A stretch of DNA of 64,000 bases from Octopus vulgaris. Taxonomy: Eukaryota. The translations under genes and the position numbers were made by a program. Of the stretch, positions 12,708 to 24,722 are shown piece by piece. The notes under the pieces were generated by a model that saw only the letters and a list, made by a program, of their open reading frames with translations, was not told the origin of the DNA and made no database searches. Numbering within the stretch: position 1 is the stretch's first letter; each line of letters starts with the position of its first letter. The stretch is taken from the NCBI GenBank assembly GCA_951406725.2, contig OX597825.1, forward strand, positions 66,588,001-66,652,000, read 5' to 3'.

Positions 12708-13265
12708 AACAAAATGTTGGGTTGAGCTTCAATTTCCATTAACTTTCTTAAACTTGGTTAAAATTGCATATTTTTATGCGCCCTTTTTAAGCCTAGCCAG
12801 GCTCAAGAGCCCGGTTTCCAGGTTTCTATGGCGTATGTTTTCCCCCCAGCTGGACGGGACGCCAGTCCATTGCAGCGTTACTCAAGAAACAGTGAGAGAA
12901 AATTGGGACGAAAGAGTACAACAGGGGTCGCCACCACCCCCTGTCGCAGCCTCGTGGAGCTTTAGGTGTTTTCGCTCCATAAACACACAAAACGTCCGGT
13001 CTGGGAATCGAAACCGCGATCCACCGACCGCAAGTCCGCTGCCCTAACCACTGGGCCACTGCCTCCACAAAATTGCATATACTTTATGTTAAAATATTCA
13101 TTATATTATGACCTTTATTTTCCTAGAAGTTTTATAGCATAATAATTAATTATTGTAATAGTTAACAAAATCTTTTTTAATGTCATTTACTCAAGAACCT
13201 CTTCATATTGACATTTCGCTCGGCTCTCGTCTATATGTTATTTGAGCTCGACCCAACATTTTGTT
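12708..13265. mobile_element. TIR element (MITE) carrying a nested SINE C (12777-13068, minus strand)
   Basis: TIRs AACAAAATGTTGGGTTGAGCT / AGCTCGACCCAACATTTTGTT. The SINE is flanked by AAAATTGCATAT duplicates. A second truncated copy starts at 9646. Confidence 0.75.
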
Positions 13266-13657
13266 GTCTTCATTTCTTTCTCTTGCAGCGATTACATTAT
13301 ATTATGATAACGGTAATGAAAGAACACAGGTACTTTTCAGATCTAAGAACTCTATCACACTGCTGAATTCCAAGTCTGAAGTTTTCATCAGTTGTAAATA
13401 TAAGGATAAGTCCCTGTTGGCGAAATGGGAATAACTATCCTCTCCGGATTGAGCAGCTGAGCCACAGACTCTAGGCCACTATCCTCTCAGCCTTATGACA
13501 TTACGGTCAAAGGATCCAAAACACAAGCTCTCCCATACCTCTTGCTTTTTTCCTGTTTTCTCTTTCATATTCAGGTTTTTCAAACTTACACCTTTACATC
13601 TACTTCCTTCCCACCTTAATAATATATAATGTCATATAATATAATATATATATATAT

Positions 13658-14107
<450 letters not shown>

Positions 14108-14142
14108 TTATATATATATATTATATATATATTATAACAAAA

Positions 14143-14193
<51 letters not shown>

Positions 14194-14407
14194 GATGAAA
14201 CCTTTTCAGAATACCAGAAGCAATAGTAGCCAACGCAATAGACAGTAGTTACAATTGCTTTAATCCGCAATTACATTGGCTGTTCAAACAGTGTCTCTTA
14301 ATAGCTGTCACTTCTTGTCATCGCCATAGTGTTTCATAAAACTTCTCGCAATCACTTGTATAAGATTTGGCAAAATCTCAGTATATAGAGAATACAATAG
14401 CTGTCAC

Positions 14408-14486
<79 letters not shown>

Positions 14487-15614
14487 GGCTGGCTGTCTGT
14501 CTCTCACTCACCCCTTTCTCTCTGCCTCATCAATCTCTCTGATTATATGTCTATCTAATGCCTCTCTCTCTCTCAATGCATATATATATATATATGTATG
14601 TATGTATATATATATATGTGTATGTATCTATATATGTATATATATATATATGTGTGTGTATAGTCGTTCATATATCTACATACACACACACACGCACACA
14701 ACATACACATACACACACAACACACACGCGCGCGCGCACGGATAGATTTTAATGATTCATTCTGCCTCATTTTGCGGAACCGATATATTTATATATATAT
14801 ATCTATAAATTGTGAGTGAGGATAAGCCGTCAAACGTCATGCAACCATTTCCAAGAAAGTTTAATCTTAATAATTATCATGCGCACTCTTAACTTTTACT
14901 AATTCTCCTCTGTCTGTCTCTCTCCCTCTCTTGTTCTTCATCCTTTCTGGTTTTCTCTCCCACCCTTCCCTAGTCTTCTTCTCTCCCTTTCACCGTTACT
15001 TCTCTCTCTTACTCCTCCTCTTCCCCCTCGTCACTGACACGTGACCAGAGGGAAGCAATCTTTCCGACTGCTATCTTCAACGAGTCAAGACGGCTTATCC
15101 TGTCCTTCTCATAAGCTGTCTCCTCAATGCGTTCAAAATAATTTTTCCATCGTCTTGACTTAACGGCCTTCATCGTTTGTTTTTACTGTGCTATTCTCCT
15201 TGTCTTGTCTTTTACAGTTTTTATTTGTATTGTTTTTACTGTTTTGTTTGTTTTTACTGTCCTGTTTTTGTTACCACTTTTACCCCTCCGCAAAAAATCT
15301 CAAATTTTATTTAATTTGCTTTGCGGGAAGGACTGTTTCGACGAAGTCGCGTCTTGTTCTTACCTTCAAAACGCGGAGTAGACGAAACAGGGACAACTGA
15401 AGAAGGGGAATATTCCTTGTGTTGTTTTGTACTCTGATTTTTCGTTGTTTGAAAAAAGTTCGTTTCCTTGTTTTTGTTTTTATGTTTTCGTTTCTCATTG
15501 TGTTCAACGTTTTTTTGATGTCCTGTACCCATATATGCATGTATATATACATATAGATGTAGGTATGTACAAATATGTATGTATATATGCATGTTTATAT
15601 ATTATTTATGTTCT

Positions 15615-15645
<31 letters not shown>

Positions 15646-15647
15646 GC

Positions 15648-15770
<123 letters not shown>

Positions 15771-16617
15771 GATATATATAATCTTAGCTGTTTTCTCGTA
15801 TACGAGCAGAACCATTACTTGAAAGAATCATTGAAACGAATCAATGATGATGCAACGTGAGGCCCTTGTATGTCTCTTGAGCCCGGCGAAAGTTTTACAC
15901 ATTCTATTACATAAGGCACAGCTGCGCTGGGTGCCGCAGTATGAACTATTTTGACAATCGTCCAACTGAGAGGCGTACCTTTCCACATGTTACACACGCG
16001 CTGTTGTGAACAATAGCCATATCACAATTTACCATGGGTTAAATCCTCTGCGTTCTCTGATGGCTGACTAGCTCCGCATGACTCAAGCACCTCCTCCCAC
16101 AAACTCCACACACTAAAAGCAACACCCCCTCATTCTCCACAGGTTTATTCCTTCTAAGCCTTCTATTCTTCTCATGCTTCATTCTCTCTCCCTCAAATCT
16201 CGAACAACCACTGTGCACTCTCTTCCTCCATCCATCTCGGTTTTATGCCTCCTACTCCCAATCAACAACTGAAATTCCAATCTGTGTCAAAGCAATTCTG
16301 AGACAGCAATTGAATTTCATTTGTGCTGGTTTCTTACCATCTTCCAGCGCACCATATATAATGTACTGTTCTGTCTGGTAAGAGATGAATAGTATTTATT
16401 TAGAGGACAAAATCCATGTCTTTCAATGCTACTAATAGTTTCATACGGTGAGAAATGTCTCAAACATAATCTTCAGGCACAAACCACATATCATAACGAG
16501 CTAAAATTATGATATGTGGTTAGTGCCTGATGAATTATGTTTGAAACATTTCTCAACATATGAAACTTTTAGTATCACTTAAAGACATGTATTGTGCCCT
16601 TTGAATAAATAATATAA

Positions 16618-16662
<45 letters not shown>

Positions 16663-18394
16663 CGTGCGTGTGTGTGTGTGTGTGTGTGTTTGTGTGTTTG
16701 TGTGTGTGTGTGTGTTTAAACACAAAAAGGTGAGCCTTAAACAGGTTGCCTAACATACTAGAAATAACAGTCAAAGAGTCCAAACCACAGTTTAAGAGCA
16801 ATTTCGAAGGGAATGAAAAATAAAAAAAAAAAACATTTACCATGTTTTTTAGCTGGACCTCAGATTTCGAACTTTAATTAGCAAATAAAATAATTTGCAA
16901 GGCGAAGTTCTCATCAGCGGATACGCCAAAGCATTAACATATAAATTAGAGACCAAATAGCTCGCATCTCATCATTATATTATTATGCTGATATAATTAT
17001 TTGGAAAAAAAGTTCATAGTATTCGCGTAACCTGCACATGTGCGCTCGCACATCCACGTGTGTGCGCCTAAAAGTATACATTCATTCATCCTCACTTGAA
17101 AACGTGCACATCCTCACTCTCATCCTTCGCCAAATGTATATGTATATACATACAATGTATAATTTTAGGCGCACGCATATGGGTGTGCGGGCGCACATGT
17201 GTAGGTATGAACAGGTGCGCTTACGCGAATACTATGAACTTTTTACCCCCTTACTTAGCGTTCATTCGAATAGCTCTTTTGTCTTAATAACGGTCAATCA
17301 CAAAGTAATTTACCTTTGTATAAAGGTCATTTTTCATAGCATTTTTCCAATGGCCGGATAACTGAAGAGATGGTGGCGTGGATTTCCACCTTGGCGTCCG
17401 AAACTCGGAGTTTTATCATGGCTACCGAATAATTGTCACATATTACATTTACAGATAAATTCCTCTTTTTACATAATATCGAGGTCTCTTTCTTTCTTTT
17501 GTTGTCTTACGTATGTATGTATGTATGTATGTATGTATGTATGTATGTATGTATGTATGTATGTATGTATGTATGTATGTATGTATATATGTATTGAGAA
17601 AGAGAGAGAGATGAAGTGAAAGACAAAAAGACGAGAGGAGAGCGGGAGAGAGTAAGAGATAGCAGAAGAGAGGAGAGCGGGAGATCGAGCTAAACCGGAC
17701 AATTTTTTATGTCATTTTTCTCAGAAACAGCTTGATGCATTGATGAACAGACAACGGCGTTGAACAGACCTTCCGTCTGGAAGAAAGTACGCAGCAGGCG
17801 TTCTGAATGCATTCACGCGCCGGGTAGTACAGAATTTTGCCTACAGTTTAGATTACTGCTGACAATAGGGTTCCTCGGAGCTAAGTTGTCAGATCTTCCA
17901 AACTCAAGCGTCTCTCTTTCTCTAGTCGGCTATATTGTATCCACTACCATGTACTCTCCACTCGCCACCATCCATGCTTGGTTCTTCCACAACGTCAGGC
18001 CTCCAAAATCCTTTCAATGCGCATACTTTTCCTACAACGGTAGACTTGTACTTGTTCAAGAGATACGTTAAACATGTTGATCTCACCGAAGACTGCAGCT
18101 ATATTTCCTTCCTCCAAGCAAACCCTCATCAGAAGTAAAGTTTACTATCTTAATTTGCCGTGTATCTTCGCTGTAGTACTGTGTTTAAGTTATGTTTTAG
18201 TATAAAGTTTAATATGTAGTCAAAAGTACCGTTAAGTCTACAGTTTAGTACATACTTTGGAGTTTAGTACTGAGTTAAATACAAGTTTTAGGAGAGGGAA
18301 TTAAGTTATAGGTCGATGTAGAACATATTAGTTCTTTCAGGTTGAATGCCTGGAGCACTGGAAATAAAATTATCGTTTCATTTCTCTCTCTTTC

Positions 18395-18783
18395 TCTTTT
18401 CTCTCTTTTACTTGTTTCAGTCATTTGACTGCGGCCATGCTGGAGCACCGCCTTTAGTCGAGCCCAGTACTTATTCTATTGTAAGCCCAGTACTTATTCT
18501 ATCGGTCTCTTTTGCCGAACCGCTAAGTGACGGGGACGTAAACACACCAGCATCGGTTGTCAAGCAATGCTAGGGGGACAAACACAGACACACAAACACA
18601 CATACACACACATATATATACGACAGACTTCTTTCAGTTTCCGTCTACCAAATCCACTCACAAGGCATTGGTCGGCCCGAGGCTATAGCAGAAGACACTT
18701 GCCCAAGATGCCACGCAGTGGGACTGAACCCGCAACCATGTGGTTGGTTAGCAAGCTACTTACCACACAGCCATTCCTGCGCC
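18395..18783 (-). mobile_element. SINE family B
   Basis: Reverse complement of 30469-30885. Confidence 0.85.
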
Positions 18784-18925
18784 TATTATTGTTAATTTTG
18801 TTATTGTCATTATTGTTAATTTTCGTATAAAATTTTAATTGGTGAACTAATTAATATTTGGGCAACTAATTAATATTTCAACTGTACAATATTTCAGAAT
18901 CTTTTTGCTATTTCACAGCAAATTA

Positions 18926-18935
18926 TTTATTTATT
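18926..18935 (-). promoter_or_regulatory. overlapping AATAAA polyadenylation signals of the 662-aa ORF
   Basis: AATAAATAAA on the minus strand about 50 nt after the TGA at 18985-18987. The context is AT-rich, so it is not decisive alone. Confidence 0.5.
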
Positions 18936-18984
18936 GGCCTGAAAAACTTAAAAACATAACCCTACGAATTCATCTCGAAGAATC

Positions 18985-20973
18985 TCATATTTCGAAAGGA
19001 GAATTTTGAGTATCCACTGGTATTATGTCGACTGGAGACCTAAAAGTAACTCGGCGAAATGGTTTATCAGTCGAGAACGGGTAGTATGCCTCAGGTGTAT
19101 CCGCATCGGCAGTCGAGATCGAGTAGAATGCCTCAGGTGTATCATTATTGGCAGTCGAGATCGAGTAGAATGCCTCAGGTGTATCATTATTGGCAGTCGA
19201 GATCGAGTAGAATGCCTCAGGTGTATCGTCATCAGTAGTAGGGAACGAATAGTATGTCTCAGGTATATCCTCATCGGTGGTCGAAATCGAGTAGTATGAC
19301 TCAGGTATATCCTCATCAGTAGTCGAGATCGAGCAGTAAGACTCAGGTGTATCATCATCGCGTGTAATATATTGAGATTCATCTATATATCTTACTGACA
19401 CAGGAGAATATTGACCTGACGTTGAAGGGCTGCTTACATAGAAAAGTGAATCAGGAGGTGTATATCGATCGGTAATCGAATGAAGAAATGATTTCTCGCC
19501 TGTCAAGGGTTCCTGTTCTGACATTCTAGTGAAATAGGACTCTCGGGAAGGATGATACGGTGTACTATGCCACGATGGATCGCATATTGTAGGATCTTGA
19601 CTTACCAAAGTTGCTCCTTCAGATGTCGGAACTATGTCAATATCGTACACAGGTTTTGGGTTCATTCTGTATTGTGGATTATAAAACATATCATAAATTA
19701 GATATGCGCCATGACTTTGAAACCTATCTAAGTCATCATTGACCGATAAAGTAGTTCTTTCGCCACCTTTGATTAATCTTTTCTTATTCGTGACATCGTC
19801 TGCTTCATTCAATTTCTCATGTTGAATTTTGTTATTTTCATAAACATCCTTATTGTCTGCTTCTTCATGCGTACCATATTTCTCTTTGTCTACATCCGAG
19901 GAACCTTTGTTTAACTGGTCATTGTTTGGACTTCCGTTCACGTCAACAGTAGCAAAGCCTTCAGTGTTTCCATGATCAATGCTTCGAGAATGTATATCAT
20001 CATCATTATCTCCTGTAGTTTTCACCATATCAGTACACTCCTCTTCAATATTCTCATGATCAATGCTTTGAGAACATATAATATCATCATTATCTCCTGC
20101 AGCTTTCACAGTATCGGTACCATCCTCTTCAATATTCTCATAATCACTGCTTTGAGAAGATATATCGTCAATATAATCGCCTGTAGTTTTCACATCATCA
20201 GTAACATCCTCTTCAATATTTTCATGATCACTATTTTGAGAGTATATATCGTCACTATAACCGCCTGTAGTTTTCACATCATCAGTAACATCCCCTTCAA
20301 TATTTTCATGTTCACTGCTTTGAGAATATATATCGTCAATATAACCCCCTGCAGTTTTCACAGTATCGGTACGATCCCCTTCAATATTCTCATAATCATT
20401 GCTTTGCGAATATGTACCGTCATAAAAACCTTCTGTAGTTTTCACATCATCAGTAACATCCCCTTCAATATTTTCATGATCACTGCTTTGAGAATATATA
20501 TCGTCAATAAAACCTCCTGCAGTTTTCACAGTATCGGTACGATCCCCTTCAATATTCTCATAATCATTGCTTTGCGAATATGTACCGTCACAATAACCTA
20601 CTGTAGTTTTCACATCATCAGTAACATCCCCTTTGATATATTCATGATCACTATTTTGAGAGTATATATCGTCATTATAACCTTCTATAGTTTTCATATC
20701 ATCAGTAACATCCCCTTCAATATATTCATGATCACCATTTTGAGAATACATATCGTCAATATAACCGCTTCTAGTTTTCACATCATCAGTAACATCCCCT
20801 TCAATATTTTCGTATTCACCTTCTTCATGATAAATATCGTCTTCATTATCTCCTGTAGTTTTGTCTTCTTCCTCATTTGCTTCGCCTGGATCTTGTGACT
20901 GGTCGGCTATTTGTTCACGCTGGGAGCAGAGGCGTTCAGAAGCCGAAACACTTTCATTCTCTGTGGAATCCAT
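18985..20973 (-). CDS. uncharacterised highly acidic tandem-repeat protein (~662 aa from the ATG at 20973) with a C-terminal RVxF motif
   Basis: About 2 kb stop-free in AT-rich DNA, including ~200 aa of non-repeat sequence. ATG in Kozak-like context (GGCATGG); in-frame TGA upstream at 20995-20997; polyA signal downstream; no TE motifs. Confidence 0.75.
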   Translation of the reverse strand: MDSTENESVSASERLCSQREQIADQSQDPGEANEEEDKTTGDNEDDIYHEEGEYENIEGDVTDDVKTRSGYIDDMYSQNGDHEYIEGDVTDDMKTIEGYNDDIYSQNSDHEYIKGDVTDDVKTTVGYCDGTYSQSNDYENIEGDRTDTVKTAGGFIDDIYSQSSDHENIEGDVTDDVKTTEGFYDGTYSQSNDYENIEGDRTDTVKTAGGYIDDIYSQSSEHENIEGDVTDDVKTTGGYSDDIYSQNSDHENIEEDVTDDVKTTGDYIDDISSQSSDYENIEEDGTDTVKAAGDNDDIICSQSIDHENIEEECTDMVKTTGDNDDDIHSRSIDHGNTEGFATVDVNGSPNNDQLNKGSSDVDKEKYGTHEEADNKDVYENNKIQHEKLNEADDVTNKKRLIKGGERTTLSVNDDLDRFQSHGAYLIYDMFYNPQYRMNPKPVYDIDIVPTSEGATLVSQDPTICDPSWHSTPYHPSRESYFTRMSEQEPLTGEKSFLHSITDRYTPPDSLFYVSSPSTSGQYSPVSVRYIDESQYITRDDDTPESYCSISTTDEDIPESYYSISTTDEDIPETYYSFPTTDDDTPEAFYSISTANNDTPEAFYSISTANNDTPEAFYSISTADADTPEAYYPFSTDKPFRRVTFRSPVDIIPVDTQNSPFEI
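19072..19365 (-). repeat. 7 x 42-bp coding tandem repeat (TxDxDTPEAFYSIS)
   Basis: Seven in-frame 14-aa units with no indels. Confidence 0.95.
19975..20814 (-). repeat. 10 x 84-bp coding tandem repeat ([YH]ENIEGDVTDDVKTTGGYIDDIYSQSSD)
   Basis: Ten in-frame 28-aa units spanning exactly 840 bp. Confidence 0.95.
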
Positions 20974-21025
20974 GCCGGTCACCTCAAATAATTCTCAATG
21001 GACAGAAATTGTTTTACTTTCAACT

Positions 21026-21039
21026 GTGACGTCACCAAT
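21026..21039. promoter_or_regulatory. full palindromic CRE/ATF site with adjacent CCAAT
   Basis: GTGACGTCAC followed by CCAAT, about 55 bp upstream of the ATG at 20973. Confidence 0.45.
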
Positions 21040-21085
21040 GGAATACAACAGCAATTCTGGCTTGTAGCAGCAGCAACAGCAGTAG

Positions 21086-21133
<48 letters not shown>

Positions 21134-21208
21134 AATTATCATCATCATCATCAGCATCAGCAATGGTGGTGTTGCCGCCATATTACTATTGCCATTAATA
21201 CGAATATT

Positions 21209-21596
21209 CTTTTCTACTAAAGGCACAAGGCCCGAAATTTTGGTGGAAGAAGCCAGTCGATTAGATCGACCCCAGTACGTAACTGGTACTTAATTTATCA
21301 ACCTAGAAAGGATGAAAGGCAAAGTCGACCTTGGCGTAATTTGAACTCAGAACGTAGCGGCAGACGAAATACCTATTTCTTTACTACCCACAAGGGACTA
21401 AACACAGAGAAGACAAACAAGGACAGACAAACGGATTAAGTCGATTATATCGACCCCAGTGCGTAACTGGTACTTATTTAATCGACCCCGAAAGGATGAA
21501 AGACAAAGTCGACCTCGGCAGAATTTGAACTCAGAACGTAACGACAGACGAATTACCGCTAAGCATTTCGCCCGGCGTGCTAACGTTTCTGCCAGC
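21209..21596 (-). mobile_element. dimeric SINE A with 14-bp TSD
   Basis: TTAATACGAATATT at 21195-21208 and 21597-21610. Confidence 0.9.
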
Positions 21597-21789
21597 TTAA
21601 TACGAATATTACGTTGAACCTATAGCGTCTACTGGAGGAATGCGTCAAGATGAAAGATGAAAGGCAAAGTCGACCTCGGCGGAATTTGAATTCAGAACGT
21701 AACGACAGACGAAATAGTGATGATTTTAAAAGAATGCTCAATAACATACACAGCAATATACAATTCACTATGGAACACAACAATAAGCA

Positions 21790-23631
21790 ACTACCTCGCG
21801 GCAAACGCCAGTCGCAATCCAAAAACCTTCTTTGCCCATGTCCAACAGAATTCCCGCTTGAACAACCAAATTGCAACGTTGGTAGACTCAACAGGCGTAT
21901 CGATTGAGGACCCTTATCAACAGAGTCAATTATTTGCCGAGGCTTTTTCAACTATTTTCAAACAAGATGATGGTCGTGAACCCCCTCCATTTGATAGATC
22001 GGTACCTCCAATGCTTCGATTGGTTATCACGCGGGACGAAGTAGAACGCGTTATTCAAGGCCTCGATGTCAACAAGGGTCACGGCCCTGACGGCATACAC
22101 CCACGGGTTATCAAAGCGTTGGCTCCGGTCATCTGCGAGCCTTTAACACGTCTATTCAATATGTCATTGGCGACGGGTGTTATACCTGCGGACTGGAGAA
22201 CAGCGATAATCTATCCAATTTTCAAGAAAGGGAGCCGTGAAGATCCGCTTAACTACCGACCGGTTTCCTTTACTTCAATAATCAGCAAGATGTTTTAAAC
22301 CATCCTTAAGAAAAGTACGATGCTCCCCCTCCAAAACACAGCCTCTATCTCTGATTCCCAACACGGCTTCGTGCCGAAGAGATCATGCTTGACCAACTTA
22401 CTGGTAATGGAAGAATTGGTGACGCGCATCCTCGATGATAGTGATGCTGTTGACATCGTTTTATTGGACTTTGCCAAAGCTTTTGACTCGGTAAACCACC
22501 GCCTATTACTTGTCAAGCTTCAAGCATATAGTTTCCATCTAGATATTGTACGATGGGTTGGTGCCTTCCTCTCAGATCGCTCCTTCCAAATCCAAGTTAA
22601 TGGTTCGCTGTGCGACGTCTCCAGTGCGAGCAGTGGCGTGCCTCAAGGTTCAGTGCTTGGTCCCTTATTGTTCTTTGTCTTCATAAATGACTTGCCCGAC
22701 GACCTCACGCAACACACCCTTCTATTTGCCGACGATGTCAAACTGGTCGCTCCTCGCGGTGATATGGAGGATCTTCGTCGATGCCGCCACCAAATTTGGA
22801 GATGGTCTAACGAATGGGACCTGTGTCTGAACGTGTCAAAGTGCTGTCATCTGCCTGTCGGCTCTCTTCCTGCAACTCAACTTGATTTCGAGCCGGGTCG
22901 TCTGCTGCTGGAGAGGACCGACCAGGTAAAGGACCTGGGTATCTTGGTGGATTCCTCCTTTTCGCCTTCGGCCCAGTGCGTCCATGCTGCCAACAAAGCA
23001 CGCGGAGTTCTGTTCTTGATTCGACGGTCATTCGGAATGCTCACAGCAGCCATATTCCTACCGCTCTATGTCACGCTGGTGAGACCCATATTGGAGTACG
23101 GGATTCAAGCCTCTTCTCCTTATCTCCTCAAAGACATAGAGCATCTTGAAAGAGTCCAGAAGCTGGCTACTCGCATGGTTCTTGGTCTCAAGAATTTGTC
23201 TTATGAAGAAAGGCTGAAGACGCTCGACCTTTATTCTCTAGAAAAACGACGACGCCGTGGTGATCTCATTCTTGCTCACAACATCATAAGCGGAAAGTGT
23301 TACCTCTCGAAAGAGCTGTTCTTCACTCCTGCTCCAGAGCGTCGGCTGCGGGGTCACTATCGAAATACCTACTGTATTGAAATCTGCGACGATTTCATCT
23401 CAATCGAAGGAGAGGGGCTTTCTCCGTCCGGGTTGCGGATCTGTGGAATAAGCTGTCGGATGAGATGGTGAAGATGCCGACGACCGCTCGGTTCAAAGTC
23501 TCCCTTGACCACAAGTGGCCTGAACTCTTTACATGAACTCTACCCTGTACATAACTCCATGTCCCCCTTCATGGCCTTGCTTTTTGCTTTTTGAGCCAAA
23601 AATTAACTAACTAACTAACTAACTAACTAAC
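21790..23631 (+). mobile_element. young 5'-truncated CR1/L2-group LINE (RT pseudogene) with (TAAC)n tail
   Basis: GPDGIHPR, NYRPVS, QHGF, LDFAKAFDSV, GVPQGSVLGP, LFADD, LEKRRRRGDLI; few disablements; TAAC repeats at 23604-23631. Confidence 0.93.
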
Positions 23632-23984
23632 ACTAGTATTCACTTCGTTATTACGTGCAGAAAAAATTAATAAACGCATTATTAGAATTTATATGTGTAA
23701 GTCACATCTTTTGATAATGCGCTTGGTGACGTAAGTATATTTTCAAAGTTATCTCTCACGTGGTGGGTGACACTCTAGTCTAATATTTTTTTTTTTTCTT
23801 TTTCTAAGGTTTGGGTGTGTTATTGGTCGGGTTCGGCCCACTTCCTTTCACGTGGAACTAAAAACCCTATAGAGGCAGCGGCGTTAGTTCATTAAATGCT
23901 AATTATTTGATTAGGGAAAGTAGTCAATTTGCATAGGTCATTGACCTACTGTATTGAAGTATAAATGTTATGAGTAAAATACAA

Positions 23985-24722
23985 TATTTTCTACTCTAGG
24001 CACAAGGCCCTAAATTTTGGGGGATTAGATCGATCCCAGTATGGAACTGGTACTTAACCAGATGAAATAATAATCTGGTTATTTAATAAGTACCAGATTA
24101 AATAACTGGCACTTATTTAATCAACTGGTACTTATTTAATCGTTTAAGGACAGACAAACAGATTAAGTCGATTACATCGTAACTGGTACTTATTTAATCG
24201 ACCCCGAAAGAATGAAAGGCAAAGTCGACCTCGGCGGAATTTGAACTCGGAACGTAGCGGCAGACGAAATACCTATTTCTTTACTACCCACAAGGGGCTA
24301 AACACAGAGAGCACAAACAAGGTCAGACAAACGGATTAAGTCGATTACATCGACTCCAGTGTGTAACTGGTACTTTATTTATCGACCCCGAAAGGATGAA
24401 AGGCAAAGTCGACCTCGGCGGAATTTGAACTCAGAACGTAACGGCAGACGAAATACCGCTAAGCATTTCGCCCGGCGTGCTAACATTTCTTATTTTTTTA
24501 TTGTCCACAAAGGCCTAAACATAGAGGGGACAAACAAGGACAGACAAAGGGATTAAGTCAATTACATCGACTCCAGTACGCAACTGGTACTTATTTAATC
24601 GACCCCGAAAGGATGAAAAGCAAAGTCGACCTCGGCGGAATTTGAACTCAGAACGTAACGGCAGACGAAATACCGCTAAGCATTTCGCCCGGCGTGCTAA
24701 CGTTTCTGCTAGCTCGCCGCCT
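23985..24722 (-). mobile_element. multimeric/tandem SINE A cluster
   Basis: Three or more repeated SINE A body modules. Confidence 0.85.

Noticed and set aside
15850-16310. Possible old LINE 3' remnants (also ~17860-18130 and ~29700-29920)
   Set aside because: Too decayed to assign by eye.
19972-20898. 308-aa hydrophobic plus-strand ORF
   Set aside because: Antisense shadow of the 84-bp coding repeat; confined to the array.
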